Shown here piece by piece: positions 41,935 to 52,874 of a stretch of 64,000 nt of DNA (position 1 is the first letter of the stretch; the number at the start of each line of letters is the position of its first letter). The DNA comes from an uncultured delta proteobacterium (lineage in GTDB: Bacteria; Myxococcota_A; Polyangia; Polyangiales; Polyangiaceae). Both the position numbers and the translations under genes were made by a program. The notes beneath the pieces were generated by a model, which did not search any database, was not told where the DNA came from, and saw only the letters and a list, made by a program, of their open reading frames with translations. Location: assembly GCA_963806225.1 (NCBI GenBank), contig CAWDXG010000003.1:64001-128000 (forward strand), written 5' to 3'.

Positions 41935-44384
41935 GTGACCGAGCAAGACACCATCCAACGCACCGCCGCAGACGAGGACCCCGAGCGCGACCGCATCGTG
42001 GGCGAGGAACAGCGCTGTCTTGAACGCGTGCTCGGGCATATGGCCGAGCGAGCGAAGAATCGCGAAGTCCGTGTGCCCGTCAACTACGACGCGGAGCTGA
42101 TCGCGCTGCGCGACGAGATTGCCAGCGCGCGGATGGAAGACGTACCGCCGCTGCTCGAGCAGATGGAGCGACTGCAGGGGCTGGCCGCGACGCGGCGCGA
42201 GGTCAGCGAGGGCTTCGTCGATCCCCGCTCGCCCTATTTTGGACACCTCGTGCTGCACGAAGGCGAGCGCCGCCGGGAGGTGCTGATCGGCCGCAGCACC
42301 TATCTCGACCCCGGTGCGGGCGTGCGCATCGTCGACTGGCGCGATGCGCCGGTCAGCCGCCTCTTCTACCGCTGCGAAGAAGGCGAGGACTACGACGAGG
42401 TCTTCGGCGAGCGCGAGGTCGAGGGCCAGGTGCTCGTCCGCCGCAGCGTGACCATCCTCGACGGCGTGCTGCGCCGTATCGTCGCGCCGCAGGGAACGTT
42501 CGTGAAGAACGCCGACGGCAGCTGGCGGCGCGTCGGCGCGAGCGCAACTCGTCTGAGCGGAGGACAGGGCAGCGCGGTCCGCGCCGAGCAACACAGAAAG
42601 CCAGGCACGCTCGGCATCGGCGACACCGAGGGCCGCGAGGACACGCACCTCAAGGAAATCACCGCGCTCATCGACAAGCGCCAGTTCGAGCTCATCACCC
42701 GCCCCGACTCGGGCCTGGTCGTGATCCAGGGCGGCGCCGGCAGCGGCAAGACCACTATCGGGCTGCACCGCCTCGCGTATCTCGCCTACCAGGACCCACG
42801 CCGCTTCCGCCCCGACCGCATGCTGGTGGTCGTCTTCAACGACGCGCTGGCCCGCTACATCTCGCAGGTGCTGCCGGCGTTGGGCATCACGGGCATCGGC
42901 ATCCGCACGTACCAGGCGTGGGCCAACAAGGTGCGCGCTGCTCATGTGGCGCACCTGCCGAAGCGATACAGCGAGGACACGCCGACCGTCGCCACGCGCC
43001 TCAAGAAGCACCCCGCGATGCTCGAGGCGGTGGATCAGCACGTCGCCGCGGTCGAAAGCCGGCTGGAAGAAGAGCTCACGGAGGCCGCAGGCGGCGCCAG
43101 CGAGCCGCTGTCGATCTGGAAGCGCGCGGCCGATCGCGCGCTCGCCCAACGGCTCTTCGCCTTGAAGAACTGGCTCGGCGGACGCGAGGGACGGCAGCTT
43201 TCCACCGACCAGCGCGTGGCGCTGGAAGGCATCGTCAAGCGCGGCCTCGCGCAGGCGCGCGACGTGGTGACGCATTTTCCGATCTGCTCACCGATCGCGA
43301 GGCGCTCGGGCGCGTCTTCGCCGAGCACGCGCCCGACGCGCTGTCGGGGCCCGAGCTCGACCGCGCGCATGCCTGGTGCACCGCCCGCATCGGCGAGCTG
43401 CTCAGCGAGCTCGAGGAGCGCGAGGACCGCGAGCCGGAACAGGCGCGGAGGCGGAGCCGCGGCCCGGGCCGTCGCGGAGACGAGCAGCAGAGCTCCGGCG
43501 AACGCGAGGCGGAGACGCACCACGGCGTCGACGGCCGCGATGTCGAGGAAGGCGCCACGCTCGATCGCGAAGACGACACGATCCTGCTCCGGCTGGTCCA
43601 GAAGCTCCGCGGCCCGCTGCTGCGCCCCGGCAAGCCCGGCCGCCAGCGCGAGGCGCTCGTCTACGAGCACGTGCTGGTCGACGAAGCGCAGGATCTGAGC
43701 CCGGTCGAGCTCGCCGTGGTGCTGGGCACCGTCAGCCGCGCCGAGAGCGTCACCCTCGCCGGCGACGTCTCGCAGCGCCTGCACATGGACAACGGCTTCA
43801 CCAACTGGAAGGAAGTGCTGGGAGAGCTCGGCCTGGATCACGTGCAGATCGAGCCCCTGCGCATCAGCTACCGCTCGACGCAGGAGATCATCGACTTCGC
43901 CCGCGACGCGCTCGGCCCGCTCGCGAACGAGGAGGAGGGCATCGCCACGCGTCACGGCGCGCCGGTCGAGCTGTTCGGCTACGCGCACAGCGGCGACGCG
44001 GCCGGCTTCCTCGCCGAGGCGCTGCGCGATCTGATGCAGTCCGAGCCGCGCGCGTCCGTCGCCGTGATCTCCCGCTATCCCGAGCAGGCGGACCTCTACT
44101 ACGATGCGCTCGAAAAGGGCGACGTGCCCAGCGTGCGCCGCATCGCCGAACAGGATTTCCCGTTCAAGCCCGGCGTCGACGTGACCGACGTGCGCCAGGT
44201 CAAAGGCCTGGAGTTCGACTACGTCGTGCTGGTCGAGGTGACCGCGGCTTCCTACCCGGAAGACGACGAGGCGCGTCACCTGCTGCACATCGCCGCCACG
44301 CGCGCGGCTCACCAGCTCTGGGCGCTCACAACCGGCACCGCCAGCCGCCTGCTCCCCGCCGAGCTCAGGGAACGCGGGTACTAG
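41935..44384 (+). CDS. SF1 helicase-like ATPase, HelD/UvrD family; apparent frameshift near 43275
   Basis: SPYFGH, VDWRDAP, QGGAGSGKTT, VDEAQD, AGDVSQ, SYRST, KGLEFD, ATRA. Confidence 0.88.
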
Positions 44385-44454
44385 AAGTGCCCTTGACCTG
44401 GGGCGCCGTGGCGCCCGATGCTGGTCTGGCCCGCCGTTTGCACACCGAAGAGAC

Positions 44455-45507
44455 ATGACCCGGTTCCGCTCGCGCTTCGCTCTCTCGCTCGCAGCCTCGC
44501 TTCTGGCGAGCTGCACGCCCCGCGCCGGCGGGCGCGCGACGGCCACCGGAGCTGTGGCGCCCGGGCTGGGCGTCGAGGAGCAGCAGGAAGCCGCGCGCGC
44601 CGCGGAAGAAGCGCGCGAAAAGGCCGCGCGCGACAAGCCAGCGAAGATCGATCGCACGCTGGTCGCCCGCGCCGCGCTGCCGTTCCACGGCTTCAGCGTC
44701 AAAGGTCACGAGCCCCTCGCGCCCGACCAGCTGCTCCGCGATCTCGCCCGCGCCGATGTCGTGTGCGTCGGCGAGGAGCACGACAGCCCGCACGACCACT
44801 GGGCCGAGCTCCGCATCCTGCGCGGTCTTTTCGCACGCGCTCCCATGGCGGGGCGCGTGGTCGGTCTCGGTCTGGAGATGGTCCAGCAGCCCTACCAGAA
44901 GGCGCTCGACCGCTACTCCTCGTACGACTCCGACAGCCGTGACCTGATGGCGGACACGGAGTGGGCCCAGCGCTGGGGATATCCCTTCTCCTACTACCAG
45001 CCGATGCTGGCCCTGGCGCGCCGCCACCACAGCGCAATCCTCGCACTCAACGCGCCGTCCGGGCTCACCCACCAGATCGCCAAGGGCGGTCTCGAATCAC
45101 TCGACGACGCGCAGCAGAAGGAGCTGCCCGATCTGGATCTGCACGACGCCCAGCACCGCGCCTTCTTCAACCAGGACATGCGGGGCCATCCGGACATGCC
45201 CGGGCGGAAGCGCGACATGTACGCCGCGCAGGTCGTGTGGGACGAGAGCATGGCGGACGCCGCGGCGCGCTGGCTCTCCAACAATTTCCCCGCGCGCCAG
45301 CTGGTGATCTTCGCGGGCTCCTCCCACTGCCGCCACCCCGCGATCGTGCGGCGCATCCGCCGGCGCGTGGACGCCCGCGTCGTCTCGGTGCGGCCGCTGA
45401 TCGCAAGGGACGGACACATCGATCCGCTCGATCTCGCCGGCTACGACTACGGCTTCATCATGGAGCCGAGCGGCAAAGCGCCCGGGCCCGGCCACGGCCG
45501 CCGCTAA
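44455..45507 (+). CDS. ChaN-family lipoprotein (putative heme/iron-uptake related)
   Basis: Lipobox LASC; VCVGEEHD..HDH, GLEM, YYQPML, ALNAP, AQVVWDESMA, AGSSH. Confidence 0.85.
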   Translation: MTRFRSRFALSLAASLLASCTPRAGGRATATGAVAPGLGVEEQQEAARAAEEAREKAARDKPAKIDRTLVARAALPFHGFSVKGHEPLAPDQLLRDLARADVVCVGEEHDSPHDHWAELRILRGLFARAPMAGRVVGLGLEMVQQPYQKALDRYSSYDSDSRDLMADTEWAQRWGYPFSYYQPMLALARRHHSAILALNAPSGLTHQIAKGGLESLDDAQQKELPDLDLHDAQHRAFFNQDMRGHPDMPGRKRDMYAAQVVWDESMADAAARWLSNNFPARQLVIFAGSSHCRHPAIVRRIRRRVDARVVSVRPLIARDGHIDPLDLAGYDYGFIMEPSGKAPGPGHGRR

Positions 45508-45599
45508 TCCTCCGCCCCCCCCACCGTAATCCTCCTCGACGGGGCTCACCGCCCCTCGAACTGCCATCTTGTACCGGCCTGCCTGCCAGGTTACGGGCG

Positions 45600-46925
45600 G
45601 TGGCGGTGCTTGCCAGCTTTCTTCCCGATCACACGGGCGTTGCCCAGCGCGTCCTGTCGCTCGGCGGGCTGTTCGTGATGGTGGCGATCGCGTGGCTCTT
45701 GTCGGTCGACCGCCGCCACATCCGCTGGCGACCCGTGCTGTGGGGTGTCGGCCTGCAGATCACGCTCGGGCTGATGATCCTCAACCCGACGCTGCAGGCG
45801 CTGTTCTTCAACGTGATCGATCGCGGCGTGGACAAGCTCCTGTCGTTCTCCGAAGCGGGCGCCACCTTCGTGTTCCAGACCGTCGAGCCGCACAAGATCC
45901 TCGACATGCAGGGCAAGGCGGTCCCGATCCAGGGTCGCATCTCGCCGCCGCTCAAGACGTTCGCGTTCTGGATCCTGCCGACGATCATCTTCTTCTCGAG
46001 CCTGATGGCGATCCTGTACCACCTCGGGATCATGCAGCGCGTCGTGTACGCGATCGCCTGGCTCATGCAGCGAACCATGGGCACCAGCGGCGCCGAGTCG
46101 CTGTCGGCGGCGGCGAACATCTTCGTCGGCCAGACCGAGGCGCCCCTGCTCATCCGCCCCTACGTCGACGGCATGACGCGCTCGGAGCTGCACGCGGTGA
46201 TGTGCGGCGGCTTCGCCACGGTCGCGGGCGGCGTGATGGCGGCCTACGTCGGCTTCCTGCGCGGGATCCCGCACATCGCCGGCCACCTCGTCACTGCCTC
46301 GATCCTCTCCGCCCCCGCCTCGCTCGCCATCAGCAAGATCATGGTGCCCGAGACGGAGACGCCGGCCACCGCCGACGAGGTCAAGCTCTCGGCCGAGAAG
46401 ACCGCCGGCAACGTCATCGAAGCAGCCGCCAACGGCGCCAGCGACGGCGCCAAGCTCGCCATCAACGTGGGCGCGATGCTGATCGCGTTCGTCGGCCTTA
46501 TCGCGATGGGCGACTACGTCCTGTCGCTGATCCCGTTCGCGGGCGCGCCGCTCAGCATGTCGCGCATCTTCGGCTGGGTGTTCTCGCCGATCGCGTTCTC
46601 CATGGGCGTGCCCTGGCACGAGGCGCCCACCGTCGGCCGCCTGCTCGGCGAGAAGATCGTGCTGACCGAGTTCATCGCCTACGTGCACCTGGGCGAGATG
46701 GTGCAGTCGACCCACGCCGTGCTGTCGCAGCGCTCCGCCATCATCGCCAGCTACGCCCTGTGCGGTTTCGCCAACTTCGCCAGCATCGGCATCCAGCTCG
46801 GCGGCATCGGCGGCATCGCGCCGCGGCGCATGCGCGATCTCGCCCAGCTCGGCCTGCGCGCCATGGTAGGCGGTTCGCTCGCTGCCTTCATGACAGCGAC
46901 GATTGCCGGCGTCATGCTCGGGTGA
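45600..46925 (+). CDS. nupC: NupC/CNT-family nucleoside:cation symporter
   Basis: LPTIIFFSSL, AANIFVGQTEAP, GGFATVAG, EFIAY, YALCGFANFASIGIQLGG. Confidence 0.92.
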   Translation: MAVLASFLPDHTGVAQRVLSLGGLFVMVAIAWLLSVDRRHIRWRPVLWGVGLQITLGLMILNPTLQALFFNVIDRGVDKLLSFSEAGATFVFQTVEPHKILDMQGKAVPIQGRISPPLKTFAFWILPTIIFFSSLMAILYHLGIMQRVVYAIAWLMQRTMGTSGAESLSAAANIFVGQTEAPLLIRPYVDGMTRSELHAVMCGGFATVAGGVMAAYVGFLRGIPHIAGHLVTASILSAPASLAISKIMVPETETPATADEVKLSAEKTAGNVIEAAANGASDGAKLAINVGAMLIAFVGLIAMGDYVLSLIPFAGAPLSMSRIFGWVFSPIAFSMGVPWHEAPTVGRLLGEKIVLTEFIAYVHLGEMVQSTHAVLSQRSAIIASYALCGFANFASIGIQLGGIGGIAPRRMRDLAQLGLRAMVGGSLAAFMTATIAGVMLG

Positions 46926-48199
46926 TGATCGACCGGACGCGGCTGCTCGCCGGAAGCGTGCCCGCCGCGGCGCGCGAACGCCGCGGCCTGGCCCTCGATC
47001 TGCTCGACGCCGCACTCGCCCAGGTCGAGCCCGGCGCCGCCACGCGGCGCGGTCTCGCGGCGGCCCGCGCTGCCGGCATCGATCTCGACGGCTGCACGCT
47101 GCTGGCGTTCGGCAAAGCCGCCCGCGGCATGGCCGAAGCCGCGCTCGCAGAGGTGCGCGTCGCGCGGGGCATCGTGCTCGGCTTCGACGAGGGACGGCTC
47201 GGACCGCTCGTGGTGCACCGCGCCGGCCATCCCCTGCCCTGCCCCGACGCACCGGCCCACGGCAGCGAGGTACTGTCGCTGGCGCGTTCGCTCGGCGCAG
47301 GCGACGTGGCGCTATGTCTCGTCTCCGGCGGTGGCTCCGCGATGCTCGAGCTGCCGCGGCAGGGCGTGGCGCTCGCGTCCATCGCGGAAACGACGCGGCT
47401 CATGAACGAAGCCGGCGCATCCATCGCCGAGCTCAACGCCGTGCGGCGCGCTCTCTCCCGGCTCAAGGGCGGCCGGCTCGCCGCGGCGCTGGCGCCCGCG
47501 CGCGTCGTGAACGTGCTGATCTCGGACGTGCCCGCGGACGACCTGTCCGTGATCGCGTCCGGCCCCAGCGTACCGCCGGCACCCGGCGCGCCCGACGCCC
47601 GCGCCGTCATCCAGCGCTACGGGCTCCGCGGCAGGCTGCCCGCCGACGCGCTCGGAGCCCTCGACGCCCCGGAACCGGTAGAGAGCGTCCCCGTCCACAG
47701 CTTCCTCGCCGCCGACAACGCCGACGCACGCCGCGCGGTGGTTACGCGCGCAAGCGAGCTCGGACTTCGCTGCGCCGAGCACCCGCGCGAGCTGTCCGGC
47801 ATCGCGCGCGAGACCGGCCCGCGCCTGTACGCCGACGCGCTCTCGCGTTTCACCGCCGAACCCGCGCTCGACGCCGTGGTCGCCGGTGGCGAGACCACCG
47901 TCGAGGTCCGCGGCACCGGCCGCGGCGGCCGCAACCAGGAGCTCGCCCTCGCCGTGCTCGCCAGCTACCAGAGCGGCCTCGTCGCCACGCTCGGAACCGA
48001 CGGCATCGACGGCTCCAGCGACGCCGCCGGCGCGCTGATCGACCAAGCCGCCGTCGCCGACGCGCAGCGCCTCGGCCTCGACACGGCGCGCTGTCTCGCC
48101 GACAACGACTCGCATCGCTTCTTCACCGAGCTCGGCACCCAGCTCCGCACCGGGCCCACCGGCACCAACGTCGCCGATCTGTGCCTGGTCCTCTGCTGA
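46925..48199 (+). CDS. Glycerate 2-kinase (DUF4147/MOFRL family)
   Basis: FGKAA, AGHPLP, SGGGSAM, KGGRLA, ISDV, GGETTV, GGRNQE, TDGIDG, GPTGTNVAD. Confidence 0.93.
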   Translation: MIDRTRLLAGSVPAAARERRGLALDLLDAALAQVEPGAATRRGLAAARAAGIDLDGCTLLAFGKAARGMAEAALAEVRVARGIVLGFDEGRLGPLVVHRAGHPLPCPDAPAHGSEVLSLARSLGAGDVALCLVSGGGSAMLELPRQGVALASIAETTRLMNEAGASIAELNAVRRALSRLKGGRLAAALAPARVVNVLISDVPADDLSVIASGPSVPPAPGAPDARAVIQRYGLRGRLPADALGALDAPEPVESVPVHSFLAADNADARRAVVTRASELGLRCAEHPRELSGIARETGPRLYADALSRFTAEPALDAVVAGGETTVEVRGTGRGGRNQELALAVLASYQSGLVATLGTDGIDGSSDAAGALIDQAAVADAQRLGLDTARCLADNDSHRFFTELGTQLRTGPTGTNVADLCLVLC

Positions 48200-48205
48200 G
48201 GCCCG

Positions 48206-49321
48206 CTACATCCGCTTGAACGTCTCGCTCAGGTCCATGTCCATCTGCGTGTCCTGCGAGCGGCCCGCCATCTTCGTGCGCACCTTCACGTGCGACTGCG
48301 TCTGGATGTGCCCCTCGGGCAGCGAGTGCGTCAGGTCGAACTGGATCTCGCCCTTGCCGGTTCCCGACATGCCCAGGAGCTCGGAGTCCACGTTCAACGG
48401 CACGCCCGGGATCTGGATGCGGCTCCCCGGCGCCGACTGCTCGAGCTCGATGCGCGTGGTGCCGTGATCTCCGTCCAGCTTCTCGAGCGTGTACGTCGCC
48501 ACCTGCTTCATCTTCATGCCCATCTGCTCGACCTCGGTGCTCACCTGCCAGCGCGCACCCTTGCCCACGGCTTCAGCCGGGAACGGCGCGCTCACCTCGC
48601 CGAACGCGGTGGCCATCGCCTGCATCATCTGCTTGACCTGACCGTCGTCGAGCCCGCTCGTGTCCAGCTTGGAAGTCAGAAGCCGCCCGCGGGAATCGAT
48701 CTCGTCGTGACCCTTCAGCTTGGCCATTTCGCCGAGCGAATCCTCGACGCTGTGGCGCACCGCGGACGGCACCTTGTCCGGATTGGCCAACTGCACCTTC
48801 TGGATACGCAGATCGCGCTTCGCCACGCCGTCCGGCGACACCGACCCCACCTGGATCGTCGCGAGCATCTCGAGCGTGGGGATCGCCGGCGCCGGCATCG
48901 CCCGCCCGGCCAGGTGGATCGTCATGCTGGTGGCGCTGGTCAGCTTGAACTTCTCGATCTTCCCCTGCGCCAGGCGATAGCGGAGCTTGTGCCGGGGCGC
49001 GGCGCCGGGAGACAGCAGCTTCACCTCGGTACCCGACGCCCCGGCCTTGCCCGCGCTCCCGGTCGGCGGCGTCTTCGCGCCGGCGGACGCGGCCGGAGCC
49101 GCCGATGCAACAGGAGCCGCCGATGCGCTCGCCACCGCGGCTTGACTGGCCGAGGCGGACGGCGCGGACTCTGCCGAGGCCGCGGGCGCGGCCGACGCGC
49201 TGGAAGTGGGTCCGGCCGAAGCCGCCGCCGCGGCGACGGCCTGCTTCGGCTTGTTGTCGTGGCAGCCCGCCGCGCACACCAGGAGCGCGGCGATCAAAGC
49301 CGGGCGAGAACGATAACGCAT
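48206..49321 (-). CDS. Hypothetical lipoprotein with an Ala/Ser linker and beta-rich domain
   Basis: Lipobox AAGC; KLLSPGAAPRHKLRY and PFPAEAVGKGARWQV motifs. Confidence 0.75.
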   Translation of the reverse strand: MRYRSRPALIAALLVCAAGCHDNKPKQAVAAAAASAGPTSSASAAPAASAESAPSASASQAAVASASAAPVASAAPAASAGAKTPPTGSAGKAGASGTEVKLLSPGAAPRHKLRYRLAQGKIEKFKLTSATSMTIHLAGRAMPAPAIPTLEMLATIQVGSVSPDGVAKRDLRIQKVQLANPDKVPSAVRHSVEDSLGEMAKLKGHDEIDSRGRLLTSKLDTSGLDDGQVKQMMQAMATAFGEVSAPFPAEAVGKGARWQVSTEVEQMGMKMKQVATYTLEKLDGDHGTTRIELEQSAPGSRIQIPGVPLNVDSELLGMSGTGKGEIQFDLTHSLPEGHIQTQSHVKVRTKMAGRSQDTQMDMDLSETFKRM

Positions 49322-49441
49322 GGATGAACTCCCGGGGCGGACCCCGGCGCATCATGCCGCGATGCGCCGGCCCGCGCACCCTTGACTTCACCCGCGCTTC
49401 CGGACAAGCCCCAGAAACGCGAGAGCGAGGAGGCAGACGAC

Positions 49442-50860
49442 ATGAAGGCGTACGACAAGCACTACATCGGTGGAAAATGGGTCGCAGCCCAGAGCAGCGA
49501 GCGCTTCAAGGTCACCAACTCGTCGACCGAGGAAGTCATCGGCAGCGTTCCCGCCGGCACGGTGGAAGAAGCCGATCAGGCCGTGAAGGCGGCCGCCGGG
49601 GCCTTCCCTGCATGGGCAGCACTGCCCGCGGCCGAGCGCGCCGCGTATCTCTCGAAGCTCTCGGAAGGTCTGTCCGCCCGCTCGCAGGAGATCGCCGAGA
49701 CGGTCAGCGCCGAGGTCGGCATGCCGATCAAGCTCGCAACGATGATCCAGGCCGGGCTGCCGACCATGGTCATGGGCTCCTTCGCAGGGCTGGTGAAGGA
49801 GTACGCCTTCGAGGAAGAGATCGGAAACTCGCTCATCGTCAAGGAGCCCGTCGGCGTCGTTGCCTGCATCACGCCCTGGAACTACCCGCTGCACCAGGTC
49901 GTGGCCAAGGTCGCCGCCGCGCTCGGCGCGGGCTGCACCGTCGTGGTCAAGCCGAGCGAAGTCGCACCGCTCAGTGCGTTCATGCTGGCGGAGATCGTCG
50001 ACCAGGTCGGCCTCCCCGCCGGCGTGTTCAACCTGGTGAGCGGCGACGGCCCCACCGTCGGCGAAGCGCTCGCCAAGCACCCCCAGGTGGACATGGTCAG
50101 CTTCACCGGCTCCACGCGCGCGGGCAAGCGCGTCTCCGAGCTCTGCGCCGCGACGGTCAAGCGCGTCGCGCTCGAGCTCGGCGGCAAGAGCGCCAACATC
50201 ATCCTCGATGACGCCGACTTCGCGAAGGCCGTGAAAGCGGGCGTCAACAACTGCTACCTCAACAGCGGGCAGACCTGCGCGGCCTGGACGCGCATGCTCG
50301 TACCGCGAAGCCGCCAGGACGAAGCCGTGGAGCTCGCCAAGGCCGCCGCCGAGAAGCTGAACCTCGGCAACGCGCCGAAGGGCGAAGGCCGCCTCGGCCC
50401 GCTCGTCTCGGCGCGCCAGCGCGAGCGCGTCCGCGGTTACATCAGGAAAGGCATCGAGGAGGGCGCGAAGCTCGTCACCGGCGGCCCCGAACAGCCCGAG
50501 GGCCTCGACAAGGGCTTCTTCGTCAAGCCGACCGTCTTTTCGAACGTCGACAACAAGATGACCATCGCCCGGGAGGAGATCTTCGGCCCCGTCCTGTGCA
50601 TCATCCCCTACGACGACGAGGACGACGCCGTCCGCATCGCCAACGACAGCGTCTACGGCCTGTCCGGCGCGGTGTGGTCCGCCGACAAGGAGCGCGCAAA
50701 GAAGGTCGCGCGCCGCCTGCGCACCGGGCAGGTCGACATCAACGGCGGCGCGTTCAACCCCGTCGCCCCCTTCGGCGGCTACAAGCAGTCCGGCCGCGGC
50801 CGCGAATACGGCAAGTTCGGCTTCGAGGAGTTCCTCGAGATCAAGTCGCTGCAGCTCTAG
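49442..50860 (+). CDS. Aldehyde dehydrogenase
   Basis: [54 protein letters not shown]. Confidence 0.97.
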   Translation: MKAYDKHYIGGKWVAAQSSERFKVTNSSTEEVIGSVPAGTVEEADQAVKAAAGAFPAWAALPAAERAAYLSKLSEGLSARSQEIAETVSAEVGMPIKLATMIQAGLPTMVMGSFAGLVKEYAFEEEIGNSLIVKEPVGVVACITPWNYPLHQVVAKVAAALGAGCTVVVKPSEVAPLSAFMLAEIVDQVGLPAGVFNLVSGDGPTVGEALAKHPQVDMVSFTGSTRAGKRVSELCAATVKRVALELGGKSANIILDDADFAKAVKAGVNNCYLNSGQTCAAWTRMLVPRSRQDEAVELAKAAAEKLNLGNAPKGEGRLGPLVSARQRERVRGYIRKGIEEGAKLVTGGPEQPEGLDKGFFVKPTVFSNVDNKMTIAREEIFGPVLCIIPYDDEDDAVRIANDSVYGLSGAVWSADKERAKKVARRLRTGQVDINGGAFNPVAPFGGYKQSGRGREYGKFGFEEFLEIKSLQL

Positions 50861-51216
50861 AATTACGTTTCCAGGCGTATCCAGACAATTTCTGTAATAG
50901 CGACCAGCCTGCTCTCCAGGGGCTGCCCCGCACGCTGGGGCGGCACGTGACGGCGGCGGCGCCCCAGGCGCCGCCGGGCCCCCAAACGCGGCCGCTTCGC
51001 GCCCGCCCGGGGGCCCCAAAGCGAGCGGGCACGCGTCGACGCGCGGCGTGGGTTCCCCCTGAGCGAGCGCAGGCGCCCTGGCGCCGAGCACGCGATTTGG
51101 GGAACCCCGCGCCGCAGGCGCGGGCGCGGAAGCAGCGACCCCGCGTGAGGGGGCAACCATTGGAGAAGAGTGCGGCGCGCGCATCTCCACGCGCTCCGAC
51201 GCCAGACATGAGATGC

Positions 51217-51575
51217 GCGGGCGGCGCGGTGCGGGCGGCGCGGTGCGGGCGGTGCGGGCGGTGCGGTGCGGGCGGCGCGGTGCGGGCGGCGCGGTGCGGG
51301 CGGCGCGGTGCGGGCGGCGCGGTGCGGGCGGCGCGGTGCGGGCGGCGCGGTGCGGGCGGCGCGGTGCGGGCGGCGCGGTGCGGGCGGCGCGGTGCGGGCG
51401 GCGCGGTGCGGGCGGCGCGGTGCGGGCGGCGCGGTGCGGGCGGCGCGGTGCGGGCGGCGCGGTGCGGGCGGCGCGGTGCGGGCGGCGCGGTGCGGGCGGC
51501 GCGGTGCGGGCGGCGCGGTGCGGGCGGCGCGGTGCGGGCGGCGCGGTGCGGGCGGCGCGGTGCGGGCGGCGCGGT
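51217..51575. repeat. 14-bp tandem repeat (GCGGGCGGCGCGGT)n
   Basis: Two full units, three truncated units, then 22 consecutive perfect units (51268-51575). Confidence 0.95.
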
Positions 51576-51618
51576 GCGATGCGGGGGAACAACGCGCTCG
51601 CGGCGACACCTGTCAACC

Positions 51619-52860
51619 CACATAACCGGTTATGTCCCCCATTTCGTCGCCTCTACCGCGTCGCAGCCGACACAGGACGACATCCGAGCCCATATAACCG
51701 GTTATGTCCCCGATTTTGTCGCCCTCGCTGCGTCGCAACCCGCCCACGGCGACATCTCGGGCCACATAACCGGTTATGTCCCCCATTTCGTCGCCTCTAC
51801 CGCGTCGCAACCCGCCCACGGCGACATCTCGGGCCACATAACCGGTTATGTCCCCCATTTCGTCGCCTCTACCGCGTCGCAACCCGCCCACGGCGACATC
51901 TCGGGCCACATAACCGGTTATGTCCCCCATTTCGTCGCCTCTACCGCGCCGCAACCCGCCCACGGCGACATCTCGGGCCACATAACCGGTTATGTCCCCC
52001 ATTTCGTCGCCTCTACCGCGTCGCAACCCGCCCACGGCGACATCTCGGGCCACATGTCCGCCATTTCGTCGCCTCTACCGCGTCGCAGCCGACACAGGAC
52101 GACATCCGAGCCCACTTAACCGGTTATGTCCCCGATTTTGTCGCCCTCGCTGCGCCGCAACCCGCCCACGGCGACATCTCGGGCCACATAACCGGTTATG
52201 TCCCCCATTTCGTCGCCTCTACCGCGTCGCAGCCGACACAGGACGACATCCGAGCCCATATAACCGGTTATGTCCCCGATTTTGTCGCCCTCGCTGCGTC
52301 GCAACCCGCCCACGGCGACATCTCGGGCCACATAACCGGTTATGTCCCCCATTTCGTCGCCTCTACCGCGCCGCAACCCGCCCACGGCGACATCTCGGGC
52401 CACATAACCGGTTATGTCCCCCATTTCGTCGCCTCTACCGCGTCGCAACCCGCCCACGGCGACATCTCGGGCCACATGTCCGCCATTTCGTCGCCTCTAC
52501 CGCGTCGCAGCCGACACAGGACGACATCCGAGCCCACTTAACCGGTTATGTCCCCGATTTTGTCGCCCTCGCTGCGCCGCAACCCGCCCACGGCGACATC
52601 TCGGGCCACATAACCGGTTATGTCCCCCATTTCGTCGCCTCTACCGCGTCGCAGCCGACACAGGACGACATCCGAGCCCATATAACCGGTTATGTCCCCG
52701 ATTTTGTCGCCCTCGCTGCGTCGCAACCCGCCCACGGCGACATCTCGGGCCACATAACCGGTTATGTCCCCCATTTCGTCGCCTCTACCGCGTCGCAACC
52801 CGCCCACGGCGACATCTCGGGCCACATGTCCCACATTTCGTCGCCTCTACCGCGTCGCAG
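51619..52860. repeat. 72-bp tandem array (about 17.5 units) with a central 16-bp palindrome
   Basis: Units start at 51619, 51691, 51763, 51835, 51907, 51979, 52051*, 52113, 52185, 52257, 52329, 52401, 52473*, 52535, 52607, 52679, 52751 and 52823* (* = 10-nt deletion variant); core ACATAACCGGTTATGT. Confidence 0.96.
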
Positions 52861-52874
52861 CACGCGGGAGCGGG

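Noticed and set aside
51619..52860. CRISPR array
   Set aside because: Sequences between palindromes are near-identical rather than unique spacers, and there are no cas genes in the window.
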